DNA of 64,000 bases, from the sequence record NC_022096.1; one strand, given 5' to 3'. Made by a program: the position numbers and the translations under genes. The stretch's first letter is position 1, and every line of letters starts with the position of its first letter. Shown in pieces: positions 36,687-44,568 of this stretch. The notes under the pieces were generated by a model. It was not told where the DNA came from. It did no database searches and saw nothing but the letters and a program-made list of their open reading frames with translations.

Positions 36687-37379
36687 ATGCGTCAACTCCA
36701 AGTGTTTATGACTGCCGAGGCGCGTACCAAGGCAGAACAATTCTCCTACCAGAATATGGTAGGCGGGGAAATGCAATCGTTCGTGCATATGTTGCAGAAG
36801 CTGCACGAAACCGAAGTGCTCGACGGACATGGCACAGAGGCTACAAAGACTCTGCCGCGCCTCATGGAGATTTTCGAGCGCGCCCAAATTCAACCAGAAG
36901 ATACTGCCGCTACCGCAGCAGGCAAACTCTGGGAACTCTACAGCAATCGACAAGCGATGATCGAGGAGCGCGTTGCGTGCACCTTGCGCGACATCTTCCA
37001 CAAGGCTGATCTGTCTCAGGTCACCTGCGTCGATCTGCCGAACACACAGAAGTTTCCGATCCAGGCGACGTTGCAAATGCGTCCGGGCTGGCAATTCTGT
37101 GTGGCTTATGATGCCCTGGGCGAGCTGAACTGTGGCGTCGGACAGTGGGTCGCGTTTAACTTGATGACCTCTCCGCATACCTGCAGCCGTGAAGTGCTGT
37201 TTGCTGTAAGTACACCCTACGGTCAGCTGGACTACAGCAAGGTCCACCAGCTCGCCCGTAACTTCATCGAGGTGCTGCACAATGAAAATCGAGTTCAAGG
37301 TGATTCCGCCGGGACCACTGCACCAGCAGAAGTCCAACCTACCCAAGGGCAAACGCAACCGCTCCGGTGGAAAGACTAA
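36687..37379 (+). CDS. Hypothetical protein
   Basis: GAGGAG SD before ATG 36687; no motif recognised; 3' end overlaps the next ORF. Confidence 0.65.
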   Translation: MRQLQVFMTAEARTKAEQFSYQNMVGGEMQSFVHMLQKLHETEVLDGHGTEATKTLPRLMEIFERAQIQPEDTAATAAGKLWELYSNRQAMIEERVACTLRDIFHKADLSQVTCVDLPNTQKFPIQATLQMRPGWQFCVAYDALGELNCGVGQWVAFNLMTSPHTCSREVLFAVSTPYGQLDYSKVHQLARNFIEVLHNENRVQGDSAGTTAPAEVQPTQGQTQPLRWKD

Positions 37380-37488
37380 AGTCTCTGCTAAGCTGGATGC
37401 GGTCAAGGCGCAGAAGCACTTGGCTGAAATGTTGAAGCGGGCCGCCAAACGTGCAGCTCACGACAACTACAAAGAACTGGATCACTAA
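37282..37488 (+). CDS. Small highly basic protein (possible nucleic-acid binding)
   Basis: 68 aa, Lys/Arg-rich; its stop abuts the SD of the next gene. Confidence 0.55.
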   Translation: MKIEFKVIPPGPLHQQKSNLPKGKRNRSGGKTKVSAKLDAVKAQKHLAEMLKRAAKRAAHDNYKELDH

Positions 37489-37498
37489 GGAGACTACC

Positions 37499-37795
37499 AT
37501 GGGTGTCAGGGAAGTGTTGAAGAAGCTCGGCCAAATCCTGCTTGGTGCGATCCCTCTGTTGCTCGGCGTAGCGGCTGCTGTCGTTCTGCGGCGAACTCCA
37601 GATGATCCTGCAAAGCAACCAGCGCCGAAAGCTCCTGATATGGACAAGGCGGACGAAAACGTCGAGAAGCTGGAAGAAGCGCAGAAAGAACTTGATCAGC
37701 AACATCAGAAGATCGAGGACGTACTGACGCCAAAGCCAGAACCAAAGCCTTCCAAATCGCTGCAGGATGCGGTCGACAAGTGGAACAACGGCTAG
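37499..37795 (+). CDS. N-terminal TM plus coiled-coil protein, i-spanin-like
   Basis: AAGGAG SD; TM ILLGAIPLLLGVAAAVVL then RR, a Pro linker and heptads; sits in a lysis-like cassette. Confidence 0.55.
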   Translation: MGVREVLKKLGQILLGAIPLLLGVAAAVVLRRTPDDPAKQPAPKAPDMDKADENVEKLEEAQKELDQQHQKIEDVLTPKPEPKPSKSLQDAVDKWNNG

Positions 37796-37852
37796 TTTAG
37801 GGAGGCACTAGCACAATTGCCATGGAGGCACGACGAATATGGGAGTACCAAC

Positions 37853-38233
37853 ATGTTTATGGATGCAGTGAAAGAACTGCTCGGGGTGGAACCGCACCTG
37901 GCGCTGACGTACTTCATGTGCGTTGTCATTGGTGTAGCCCTGAACTGGGCAAAACGCTGCCGAGAGTTGAACATTAGCCTGATGCAGTATTGGACCGCGA
38001 ACCCGATTCGCTCTCAGACTGCCATTATCGGCACTGTGTCCGCTTTCCTGTTCACGATTATCACGGACCCGGAAAGTGGCAAACTCGCGTACATGGCAAT
38101 CGGATTTGCCTGCGATAACCTGCTCAACAAAGCACCTGTAGGCGGTACCGCTGCCGACATCATCGCTCGCCAAGACGCGGCGATCTTGGTACAAGAGCAA
38201 AAACTGAAGGAACTTCAACAAGGTAACGCATGA
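37853..38233 (+). CDS. Holin-like membrane protein
   Basis: GGGAG SD before ATG 37853; 2-3 hydrophobic segments (LALTYFMCVVIGVAL; AIIGTVSAFLFTII; LAYMAIGFAC) and a charged C-terminus. Confidence 0.55.
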   Translation: MFMDAVKELLGVEPHLALTYFMCVVIGVALNWAKRCRELNISLMQYWTANPIRSQTAIIGTVSAFLFTIITDPESGKLAYMAIGFACDNLLNKAPVGGTAADIIARQDAAILVQEQKLKELQQGNA

Positions 38234-38700
38234 TGAAATTGATCGCGCTGTTTCTCTCGCTGGCTGTGTTGACCGGCTGCCAATCGAATCGCATCACAGT
38301 CGAACCCAGTGACCGCTATGCTGATCTGCGGCCAACTGAGGCTGTTCAGGCAACTGCGGCACCGCTGCCTGAATCTCCGAAGTTTCGTATTGTCGAGGCT
38401 AACGGTGAGCAAGTTGCTGCCCTGAACAAGGAGGGTGTCGATAAGCTGACCGCTCTCCGTGACGCTTCGCGGCAGAACGCGGAAGCGCTGGAACTGCTCC
38501 TGACAGCACACAACGGCCTGGTGCAGCAGCGCAACTTGATGCTGGAGAACTTGCGGCTTGAGGAACAGCGCGGCAATTTCTACGCTGAGCAGTACGCCAT
38601 TTCGGAGAACGCTCGGCGTGAACAGTACGATGAGTTCCAAACGGAGCTTCTTATCCACAAGGCCATGATGGTTATCATGGGGATTGCGTTGGTGCTCTGA
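38230..38700 (+). CDS. Lipoprotein with C-terminal hydrophobic anchor, spanin-like
   Basis: Lipobox LTGC after MMKLIALFLSLAV; coiled-coil body; C-terminal AMMVIMGIALVL. Confidence 0.65.
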   Translation: MMKLIALFLSLAVLTGCQSNRITVEPSDRYADLRPTEAVQATAAPLPESPKFRIVEANGEQVAALNKEGVDKLTALRDASRQNAEALELLLTAHNGLVQQRNLMLENLRLEEQRGNFYAEQYAISENARREQYDEFQTELLIHKAMMVIMGIALVL

Positions 38701-39167
38701 TGGACGAGACTATCTGGATTAGCGAAAACTTCACCCTGTACGATGTGCAGTTCAATGAGATTGCGCACCGTCAGGGTATTGCCAATACGATCACCGATGA
38801 CGCGCTGATCGAGAATGCCAGAAAACTGGCCGACCTCGTCCTGGAGCCAATACTGGCAGACTTCGGTCCTGTGTTTGTTACATCGTGGTATCGGTGTGAG
38901 AATCTGGAGCGCGAGTATCAGCGCAACACGTTTGCCCGTTGGTGCATCAAGAATCGCAAGCCCATTCGGGAAGATGTATGGCAGGAGTTTCTGGCGGACA
39001 AACAAGACCACACCAAAGCGCAGTGCGTAACCCTGCGCGCCAGAGACAACGACGCCCTGTTCGATTTCATCGGGAAGCTGCCTACGTTCGACGTGCTGGT
39101 GCACAAGACCCACTGGGTGAGCGTGTCGATAGGCGACTCCAATCAACGACGAATCATCCACGAGTGA
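38700..39167 (+). CDS. Peptidase M15 (M15_3)-fold protein, probably catalytically inactive
   Basis: ISENFTL..AHRQGIANT..IENARKLADLVLEPI..FGPVFVTSWYRC follows the family closely, but SxHxxGxAxD reads QDHTKAQCVT and WVHVS reads WVSVS. Confidence 0.75.
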   Translation: MDETIWISENFTLYDVQFNEIAHRQGIANTITDDALIENARKLADLVLEPILADFGPVFVTSWYRCENLEREYQRNTFARWCIKNRKPIREDVWQEFLADKQDHTKAQCVTLRARDNDALFDFIGKLPTFDVLVHKTHWVSVSIGDSNQRRIIHE

Positions 39168-39171
39168 CGCC

Positions 39172-39492
39172 ATGCAGCCTGCAAACTACGCGCCGGTATA
39201 CGCTTGCGTTTACGCCCAGTTGGCAGAAGTAACCCGCCAGCATGGGTATGCCTTGTCAATTCACGGCAGCTTGGCTGCTGATTTCGACCTGGTGTGTATC
39301 CCTTGGGTGCCAAAGGTGAGTGAACCCCAAGTCGTTGTTGACCACATCACCAGCACGTTCGCAATCGAACAGGTGACAGGCTTCGAGCGGAAGGAGCACG
39401 GCCGTATCGCAACGACCATCAGCTTCTCATTCGGTGAATGTCGGCTGGACCTGTCATTCATGCCAATTGTCAAAGGAGAGCAGCCAGCATGA
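39172..39492 (+). CDS. Minimal nucleotidyltransferase-like protein
   Basis: HGYALSIHGSLAADFDLVCIPW carries a GS..D-x-D Pol-beta-type motif. Confidence 0.5.
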   Translation: MQPANYAPVYACVYAQLAEVTRQHGYALSIHGSLAADFDLVCIPWVPKVSEPQVVVDHITSTFAIEQVTGFERKEHGRIATTISFSFGECRLDLSFMPIVKGEQPA

Positions 39493-40055
39493 TGCTCGCA
39501 ATCGCCATGGGCTTGCCAAGTCGCTACGCGATTGGTCAGGAAGTTTACTTCCACCCAAACATGTTCAAGATCACGCCGATGAATCTGCGCCTTGCGTTCA
39601 TAGGCCGCATCGAAAAAGTCCAGTTCAGCGACTCCAAGGTGACGTATGATCTGGCGCTCCTGGTAGAAGAAGCCGATGCAGATGGTCACATTGAGCAGCG
39701 CTTCTACGACGCGATCACCGTCAAGGATGTGGACAGCACGTTCGTGTCCACGTATCAGGACATCTGCACGGAGCACGCCCGTACTCTGCGCCTGCAGACC
39801 GAAGAGGAAATTCGCCAGAATCCAGAATTGGGCAGCAAAGGCTACACCATGAAGGAGAAACTGGCTAGACTGAAAGATCGGCGGCAGGGTGCTTGCTCTG
39901 TCGAAGAAGCTCAGCAGGTAGCCTCCGACATCAAAGAGGGCAGCGGTACGTTGCTCACAGAACAAGAGGTAAGGGAGCGCGCTGCGGTTCGCTTCTACGA
40001 CGGCCTCGAAACCCTTCGCATTCGATATAAGGAAGAGACTGATGGCTGTGCGTAA
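39489..40055 (+). CDS. Hypothetical protein
   Basis: ATGA overlap at 39489 after GGAGAG; SH3-like N-terminus (YAIGQEVYF..GRIEKV). Confidence 0.6.
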   Translation: MMLAIAMGLPSRYAIGQEVYFHPNMFKITPMNLRLAFIGRIEKVQFSDSKVTYDLALLVEEADADGHIEQRFYDAITVKDVDSTFVSTYQDICTEHARTLRLQTEEEIRQNPELGSKGYTMKEKLARLKDRRQGACSVEEAQQVASDIKEGSGTLLTEQEVRERAAVRFYDGLETLRIRYKEETDGCA

Positions 40056-40767
40056 GCAAAGCGGCTGCGTGGTGTTTCGCTACGACCGCAACTTCGACTA
40101 CGAAATCCTACTGGTGAAGTCCAGTGACGGTAAGGATTGGGTGTTCCCCAAGGGCGGCGTCGAGAAGCACTTGACGCCCAAGCAATCGGCAGCCAAAGAG
40201 GTGTATGAGGAAGCTGGTGTTGCTGGCCGCATCCTATCGACTCTCGGCAAGTACGAGTACCAGAAGCAAGGTAAAGATCAAAAAGTCACGATGTATGCGA
40301 TGATGTATGAGCGCGACACCGATGACTGGCCGGAGAAGCATCTGCGCAAGCGGAAGTGGTTCAAGATCAAAGACGCCAAGAAGAAGCTTCCGAAACTGCT
40401 CAAGCCTTTCTTGGATGAGTTGAAGCAAGCCAACATGTTGGCGCTCAGCTCCAGCAATGTCATGGATCAAGTTGGCCAGCACCTGCGAGAGTTGCCGGTG
40501 TTGGTCGACCACGCTGGTGAAGTCGAAGTGTCGCCTGATGAGTCTGTCCAAGTGGTTCTCGCTAACGGTGAGGATCGACTGACCATGCGCATTGAGGACT
40601 GGGGCCAGCACCCTCTTTCGCAGAAGATGACCATTCACTACGACTATGAGCACGAAGGACGTGAAGGCAAGCACTTCAAGCACACGTCGCTGCAAGGCGT
40701 AGCTGGTGATGTGGCAAGGATTGCAGGTCGTTTCCTCAGTGGACACCTAGCGATGCCCAAAGGGTGA
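40042..40767 (+). CDS. NUDIX hydrolase (DIPP/Ap(n)A-type) with C-terminal extension
   Basis: ILLVKS...WVFPKGGVE...AAKEVYEEAGV Nudix box, followed by WPE...RKRKW typical of DIPP-like enzymes. Confidence 0.85.
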   Translation: MAVRKQSGCVVFRYDRNFDYEILLVKSSDGKDWVFPKGGVEKHLTPKQSAAKEVYEEAGVAGRILSTLGKYEYQKQGKDQKVTMYAMMYERDTDDWPEKHLRKRKWFKIKDAKKKLPKLLKPFLDELKQANMLALSSSNVMDQVGQHLRELPVLVDHAGEVEVSPDESVQVVLANGEDRLTMRIEDWGQHPLSQKMTIHYDYEHEGREGKHFKHTSLQGVAGDVARIAGRFLSGHLAMPKG

Positions 40768-40770
40768 CCT

Positions 40771-40962
40771 ATGTCTGTCATGGGAAGACGCGATTCGCCA
40801 ACTGCTAGTCCGTGTGTTGGCCGTTGCAGCCATTGTGTCGGCGATGCGATATGCAGAGGATGTGGTAGGACACTCGAAGAAGTGCGCGATTGGAACTCCT
40901 ACTCCGATGATGAGAAGATCGAAGTCAAGAAAGCATGTATGCAACGGAAACGGGAGCCCTAG
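40771..40962 (+). CDS. DUF1289-family small Cys-rich protein
   Basis: SPCVGRCS....ICRGCGRTLEEVRDWNSYSDDEK signature. Confidence 0.85.
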   Translation: MSVMGRRDSPTASPCVGRCSHCVGDAICRGCGRTLEEVRDWNSYSDDEKIEVKKACMQRKREP

Positions 40963-40980
40963 GGCTCCCGTTGTTGTTTC
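40949..40980 (+). terminator. Intrinsic terminator ending the + block
   Basis: Perfect palindrome AACGGGAGCCCTAGGGCTCCCGTT followed by GTTGTTTC. Confidence 0.75.
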
Positions 40981-40987
40981 CGCACGC

Positions 40988-41011
40988 AAAAGAAAGGGAG
41001 CCGAAGCTCCC
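40988..41011 (-). terminator. Intrinsic terminator ending the - block
   Basis: Minus strand GGGAGC-TTCG-GCTCCC-TTTCTTTT (cUUCGg loop plus U tract). Confidence 0.85.
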
Positions 41012-41137
41012 TGTCACCGCTATGGTGCCGACCATCTGGTCTTCCACTCTTTGACCCGAGTCGTGGTATCTCGGAGATAGCGGATCACCTCCTGCTGCAA
41101 GAGCAGAGAGACAACCTCTCTAGCCCGCAACGATAAA

Positions 41138-41410
41138 TTACAGAGTGATCGCCATAGCAACTGACGTGGTGATTCCACGAGAACTCAGGCGAGTCTCGAA
41201 TGCGCGCTTGGACAGCCGTGCTGCCATGAGCATCGTCTTGAACCTGCCATAGTAACTCACGGCGTTCCTTTTCTTGGCTTCTTCCATGGCCTTCTGGACG
41301 AAGTAGATGTACTTGGCGTGATCACGGATCGAATGGATGGCTTCGATCTTCTCCATGAGGTTGGACAACACCCGTCGATCTTCGCCTGTCATGACATGCG
41401 CTTTGTTCAC
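41138..41410 (-). CDS. Hypothetical basic protein
   Basis: AGGAGAG SD before GTG; 90 aa. Confidence 0.65.
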   Translation of the reverse strand: MNKAHVMTGEDRRVLSNLMEKIEAIHSIRDHAKYIYFVQKAMEEAKKRNAVSYYGRFKTMLMAARLSKRAFETRLSSRGITTSVAMAITL

Positions 41411-41451
41411 AGCAACTCTCCTAAGCAGTGGTTGCAGGTAAATTAGCGCCC

Positions 41452-41490
41452 AAATAGAAAGACCCCGACAGCATTACCTGGTACGGGGCC
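41452..41490 (-). terminator. Probable intrinsic terminator
   Basis: Minus strand GGCCCCG...CGGGGTC followed by TTTCTATTT. Confidence 0.6.
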
Positions 41491-41498
41491 TGTGTTAC

Positions 41499-41849
41499 TT
41501 ACGCTGCGTAGTGGTCAAACACGGCTTGTTGGAATCCGGCTGTCAGCTCGCGCTTCACAGCACGGCTCAGTTCAGACTCTCCGTGTGCCTGGAGGAGATA
41601 CCAGAACCCTTTGCCCGGCAGGCCTTTATCTTGGCCGCTCTTGCGCACCACGATCGAGGTCAGTCTCGGCACTCGCTCGGCTTCGCACGCATGGAAGATT
41701 TCTCCCAAGATTGGCGAGAGCGTAGCGCCGAGAGCATTGCCGGAACTGGGCAGACCCAGCGCCAATGCAATCTCCTCATAAGTTGTGGTCTTCCCTAGGG
41801 TAGCCTTCGCTTCGAGGAAAAGTTTGACTGCTTTGGTTACGTTTGCCAT
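41499..41849 (-). CDS. Winged-helix-type DNA-binding protein
   Basis: TTTYEEIALALG..LSPILGEI..P.LTSIVVRK..PGKGF pattern; AGGAG SD. Confidence 0.55.
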   Translation of the reverse strand: MANVTKAVKLFLEAKATLGKTTTYEEIALALGLPSSGNALGATLSPILGEIFHACEAERVPRLTSIVVRKSGQDKGLPGKGFWYLLQAHGESELSRAVKRELTAGFQQAVFDHYAA

Positions 41850-41921
41850 GTGGCTTTCTCCTGACCATCGTGTGATGGTCTATAACACTGCCAGCGAAAT
41901 TGCCAGCAGATTCGTTTGCGC

Positions 41922-42548
41922 TTAGCTGGCTGCGTCAGCCAACGTGCGCGGATTCAACGGCTTGCGGTTGTCTTCTACGGACACCAGATGTGCCGCATGT
42001 TGCAGCGAATTGCGGTGCTCGTAGCTGCTCAGGCTGCGGCGGATGTCTTCGAGCATCTGCACCTGGCGCTCCAGTTGATCGAGCATGACTACGGCACACT
42101 GCGGCGTTGGAAGAGTGCTCTCCAACAGGAACATCGGATTCGCCTCCAGTTTGATGCCCTTGGTTTCGATCAGTGCTTTCAGATCGGCGATGCGCTTGTT
42201 CAACGCAGCCGCGCACTGCAACGCAATCTTCTGCGTGGTGCCGATCATGTACTGGAACGGCATGCGCTCGGCTTCGAGCAGCGCTGCCAGTTCTTCCCAG
42301 GTGCGGGTGCCCAGTTCACTGTCCCGATCTTTCAGCACGTCCATCGTCCACAGAGCAACCACGACCTCACTTTGCTCGGATAGCGTGCGGAAGAACATGC
42401 CGCTTGTGATGATCAGGTAGTTGGTGCCTTGGTGTGACTGGTACGGCCAACCCTGAATGTCCTTCCAGTCTTTGCTGGTCAGTGCTTCGCCCATTTCTCG
42501 GGTCAGCATGTACAGGTAGCCGAACTTCGCTTTATCACGCATTGCCAT
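41922..42548 (-). CDS. Hypothetical protein with coiled coil
   Basis: Packed ORF in the minus block; no motif recognised. Confidence 0.6.
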   Translation of the reverse strand: MAMRDKAKFGYLYMLTREMGEALTSKDWKDIQGWPYQSHQGTNYLIITSGMFFRTLSEQSEVVVALWTMDVLKDRDSELGTRTWEELAALLEAERMPFQYMIGTTQKIALQCAAALNKRIADLKALIETKGIKLEANPMFLLESTLPTPQCAVVMLDQLERQVQMLEDIRRSLSSYEHRNSLQHAAHLVSVEDNRKPLNPRTLADAAS

Positions 42549-43202
42549 TTACACTACTCCATTCTTGTTGATGGCGAACCCTTCTCGTTCTGCCCATTTG
42601 TCTACAACTTCTTTTGCAGCGTGGTCCCAATTGGTCTTGCGGTCCTGCTTGAAGTCGTTCCAGACTTGCGAGCAGTCGGCCATCTTGGGGATGTTGCCAT
42701 GCAGCGAATTACCATCCTCACGCAACTCATACAACACGTCTTCGGTGACGATACTGCGAGCGCAGTGCCGCTTCGTGCCCGGGTAGCCGTCAATGTACAC
42801 CAAGTCCCAGAAGGCTGAGTTGGGAAACTGCACCCAGATCATATCCCCATCGCAGCGGACTCGCTCCGCCCACGCTAGGGCCGTCACCGAAGACTCGAGG
42901 CGAGTGAACTTCAAGCACTCATCCCACAGATCGGCACGGTGAGTGCGTGTGTAGTCATCGGCCTCAACAGTTGGCACGGGGTGTTCCGTACGGATGCTCA
43001 GATCGCTTCCCCGCCACGCATGTGCCAAATGATTGCGCACGCGCTCGATTTCCTGCAGTGACTTACGGCGACCCGCGGGTTTTGGCGGCGGGATCGGATG
43101 CCACGTTCCGCTGGGTGTTTGACGCAGCGCGTGTTCGTACTCCAGCAGAAGCATCTGGTAGGCTAAGTGCTCCAGATGTTGAATCTCATGCGGTCGGTGC
43201 AT
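42549..43202 (-). CDS. Hypothetical protein
   Basis: Abuts neighbours; no motif recognised. Confidence 0.6.
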   Translation of the reverse strand: MHRPHEIQHLEHLAYQMLLLEYEHALRQTPSGTWHPIPPPKPAGRRKSLQEIERVRNHLAHAWRGSDLSIRTEHPVPTVEADDYTRTHRADLWDECLKFTRLESSVTALAWAERVRCDGDMIWVQFPNSAFWDLVYIDGYPGTKRHCARSIVTEDVLYELREDGNSLHGNIPKMADCSQVWNDFKQDRKTNWDHAAKEVVDKWAEREGFAINKNGVV

Positions 43203-43701
43203 CTTCTGCCTCCAGATTGGCGAGCGCAGTGGTGATGTTGCCGTAGATGATCAGAGAACGCGCCAGCCGATACGCATACCGTGCGCGCTCATTCGGATGC
43301 ACGGTGATCTTGCGCGTCTCCTGGAACTGATGCCATTGTGCGCTCAGCTTCCGTGACAGCGTTTCTTCGTCGTTCTGGCCGTCGAAGTTGAACGAGTGCA
43401 GCGCCCGCATTATGGCGAAGTGGGCCTCGCCGTTGTGTTTGTCCCGCAACATGCGCAGCTCGCCGCTTTTCTCATGCGGCATGGTACGGTACAAGCCGAT
43501 TACGGCGTAGCACTGTCGATTGCCTTCAAACCACTGTGCGATAAACACGCCGCGAGTCCTGCTCTTGGACAGGTCAGGTTCGACTAGCCCGCTAAACCCA
43601 GGCCGTGCCGCGATGTCACGCAGCGCCTGAATTTGGTGCTCGGTAAAATTGAGCACGTCGTTGTCGATGAATGTGTTTCCGCTGAGTTGGACGTCGGTCA
43701 T
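43186..43701 (-). CDS. Hypothetical protein
   Basis: ATGA overlap with the upstream gene. Confidence 0.6.
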   Translation of the reverse strand: MTDVQLSGNTFIDNDVLNFTEHQIQALRDIAARPGFSGLVEPDLSKSRTRGVFIAQWFEGNRQCYAVIGLYRTMPHEKSGELRMLRDKHNGEAHFAIMRALHSFNFDGQNDEETLSRKLSAQWHQFQETRKITVHPNERARYAYRLARSLIIYGNITTALANLEAEDAPTA

Positions 43702-43994
43702 GTTCGTGTGTTCCGTGCGTGAGTTTCCAGATGCGGCAGGCCTAGTTCATCAGCGAGTTCGCGCTCTCTCGGCCACAGCCAGTTCGTATCCAGCATACCC
43801 CAATGCTCAAGTCGGTATTGCACATCTTCTCCGGCGCCGAACGTCGCAATCTTCACCGACAACTTCTTTGCATGGTCTCGAATAACCCGAGTGATCGCTG
43901 GCTTGGGTAACGTAGTGGCCGCCATAAGTTCATTCAGTGTGTGATGCCCTTTTGCCAGTGCCATCAGCACATAGGCAGTGCGTTTCACGTTCAT
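43698..43994 (-). CDS. Winged-helix protein, HTH_43-like
   Basis: TLNELMAATTLPKPAITRVI...YRLEHWGMLDTNWL resembles the Y.I.dWG.id..W signature. Confidence 0.6.
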   Translation of the reverse strand: MNVKRTAYVLMALAKGHHTLNELMAATTLPKPAITRVIRDHAKKLSVKIATFGAGEDVQYRLEHWGMLDTNWLWPRERELADELGLPHLETHARNTRT

Positions 43995-43997
43995 GGA

Positions 43998-44522
43998 TCA
44001 CCAGTCAAAATGTTGTGGTCTCTTGTACGTACGGTATCCGCGTCTGCCGTTCTTGGTGTTGCGGTGCGTGTCCAGCTGCGGACCTATGTCGGTAAGCTCA
44101 CCGAGTTTCCACTTGCCGGTGTACAAGCACAAGCACATGCCGATAAACTGCCACTTCGGACCTACGCGGAAATCCTTTTGGTCTTCTTCTGCCTTATCGC
44201 AGGACAGTTTGTCACAGCCTGCGATCTTGTAATACTCGATGCCTTCCGTCTCGTGCAAGTCACCCAAGTGAATTGCAACAAGATCGGTGCACATAAACAT
44301 CGTGCGTCGAAATTCGTTGGCCACGCGGTTTGCGTAGCGTATCGCTCTGACTTCGTTCCCATACCTACTGGACGACTCTATTGCTTTCGAGTACAGCGGA
44401 GGGAACGCACCGCCTGGGCGGCGAGCGTTGTGGAGAGTGCAAATACGCTCAACCAGTTCCCGCGAGCAGCCTGAGAACACAAAGGCACGCTTCGAGGAGT
44501 GGGACACTGCGTACACGGACAT
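43998..44522 (-). CDS. Hypothetical protein
   Basis: Packed ORF; Cys-containing, basic C-terminus. Confidence 0.55.
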   Translation of the reverse strand: MSVYAVSHSSKRAFVFSGCSRELVERICTLHNARRPGGAFPPLYSKAIESSSRYGNEVRAIRYANRVANEFRRTMFMCTDLVAIHLGDLHETEGIEYYKIAGCDKLSCDKAEEDQKDFRVGPKWQFIGMCLCLYTGKWKLGELTDIGPQLDTHRNTKNGRRGYRTYKRPQHFDW

Positions 44523-44539
44523 AACTCTTCCCCTATGGA

Positions 44540-44559
44540 AAGCGGCCCGAAGGCCGCTT
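44540..44559 (-). terminator. cUUCGg hairpin, weak terminator or stabiliser
   Basis: Minus strand AAGCGGCC-TTCG-GGCCGCTT then TCC (short U tract), after the SPFH gene stop. Confidence 0.55.
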
Positions 44560-44568
44560 GTGGATCGC

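Noticed and set aside
37853-37861. Holin/antiholin dual-start motif (Met-Phe-Met)
   Set aside because: The lambda-type motif needs a basic residue between the two Met codons, and here it is Phe. The evidence is too weak.
41082-41093. 16S rRNA gene fragment
   Set aside because: Only the 12-nt anti-SD matches; the flanks do not resemble helix 45 or any other rRNA sequence.
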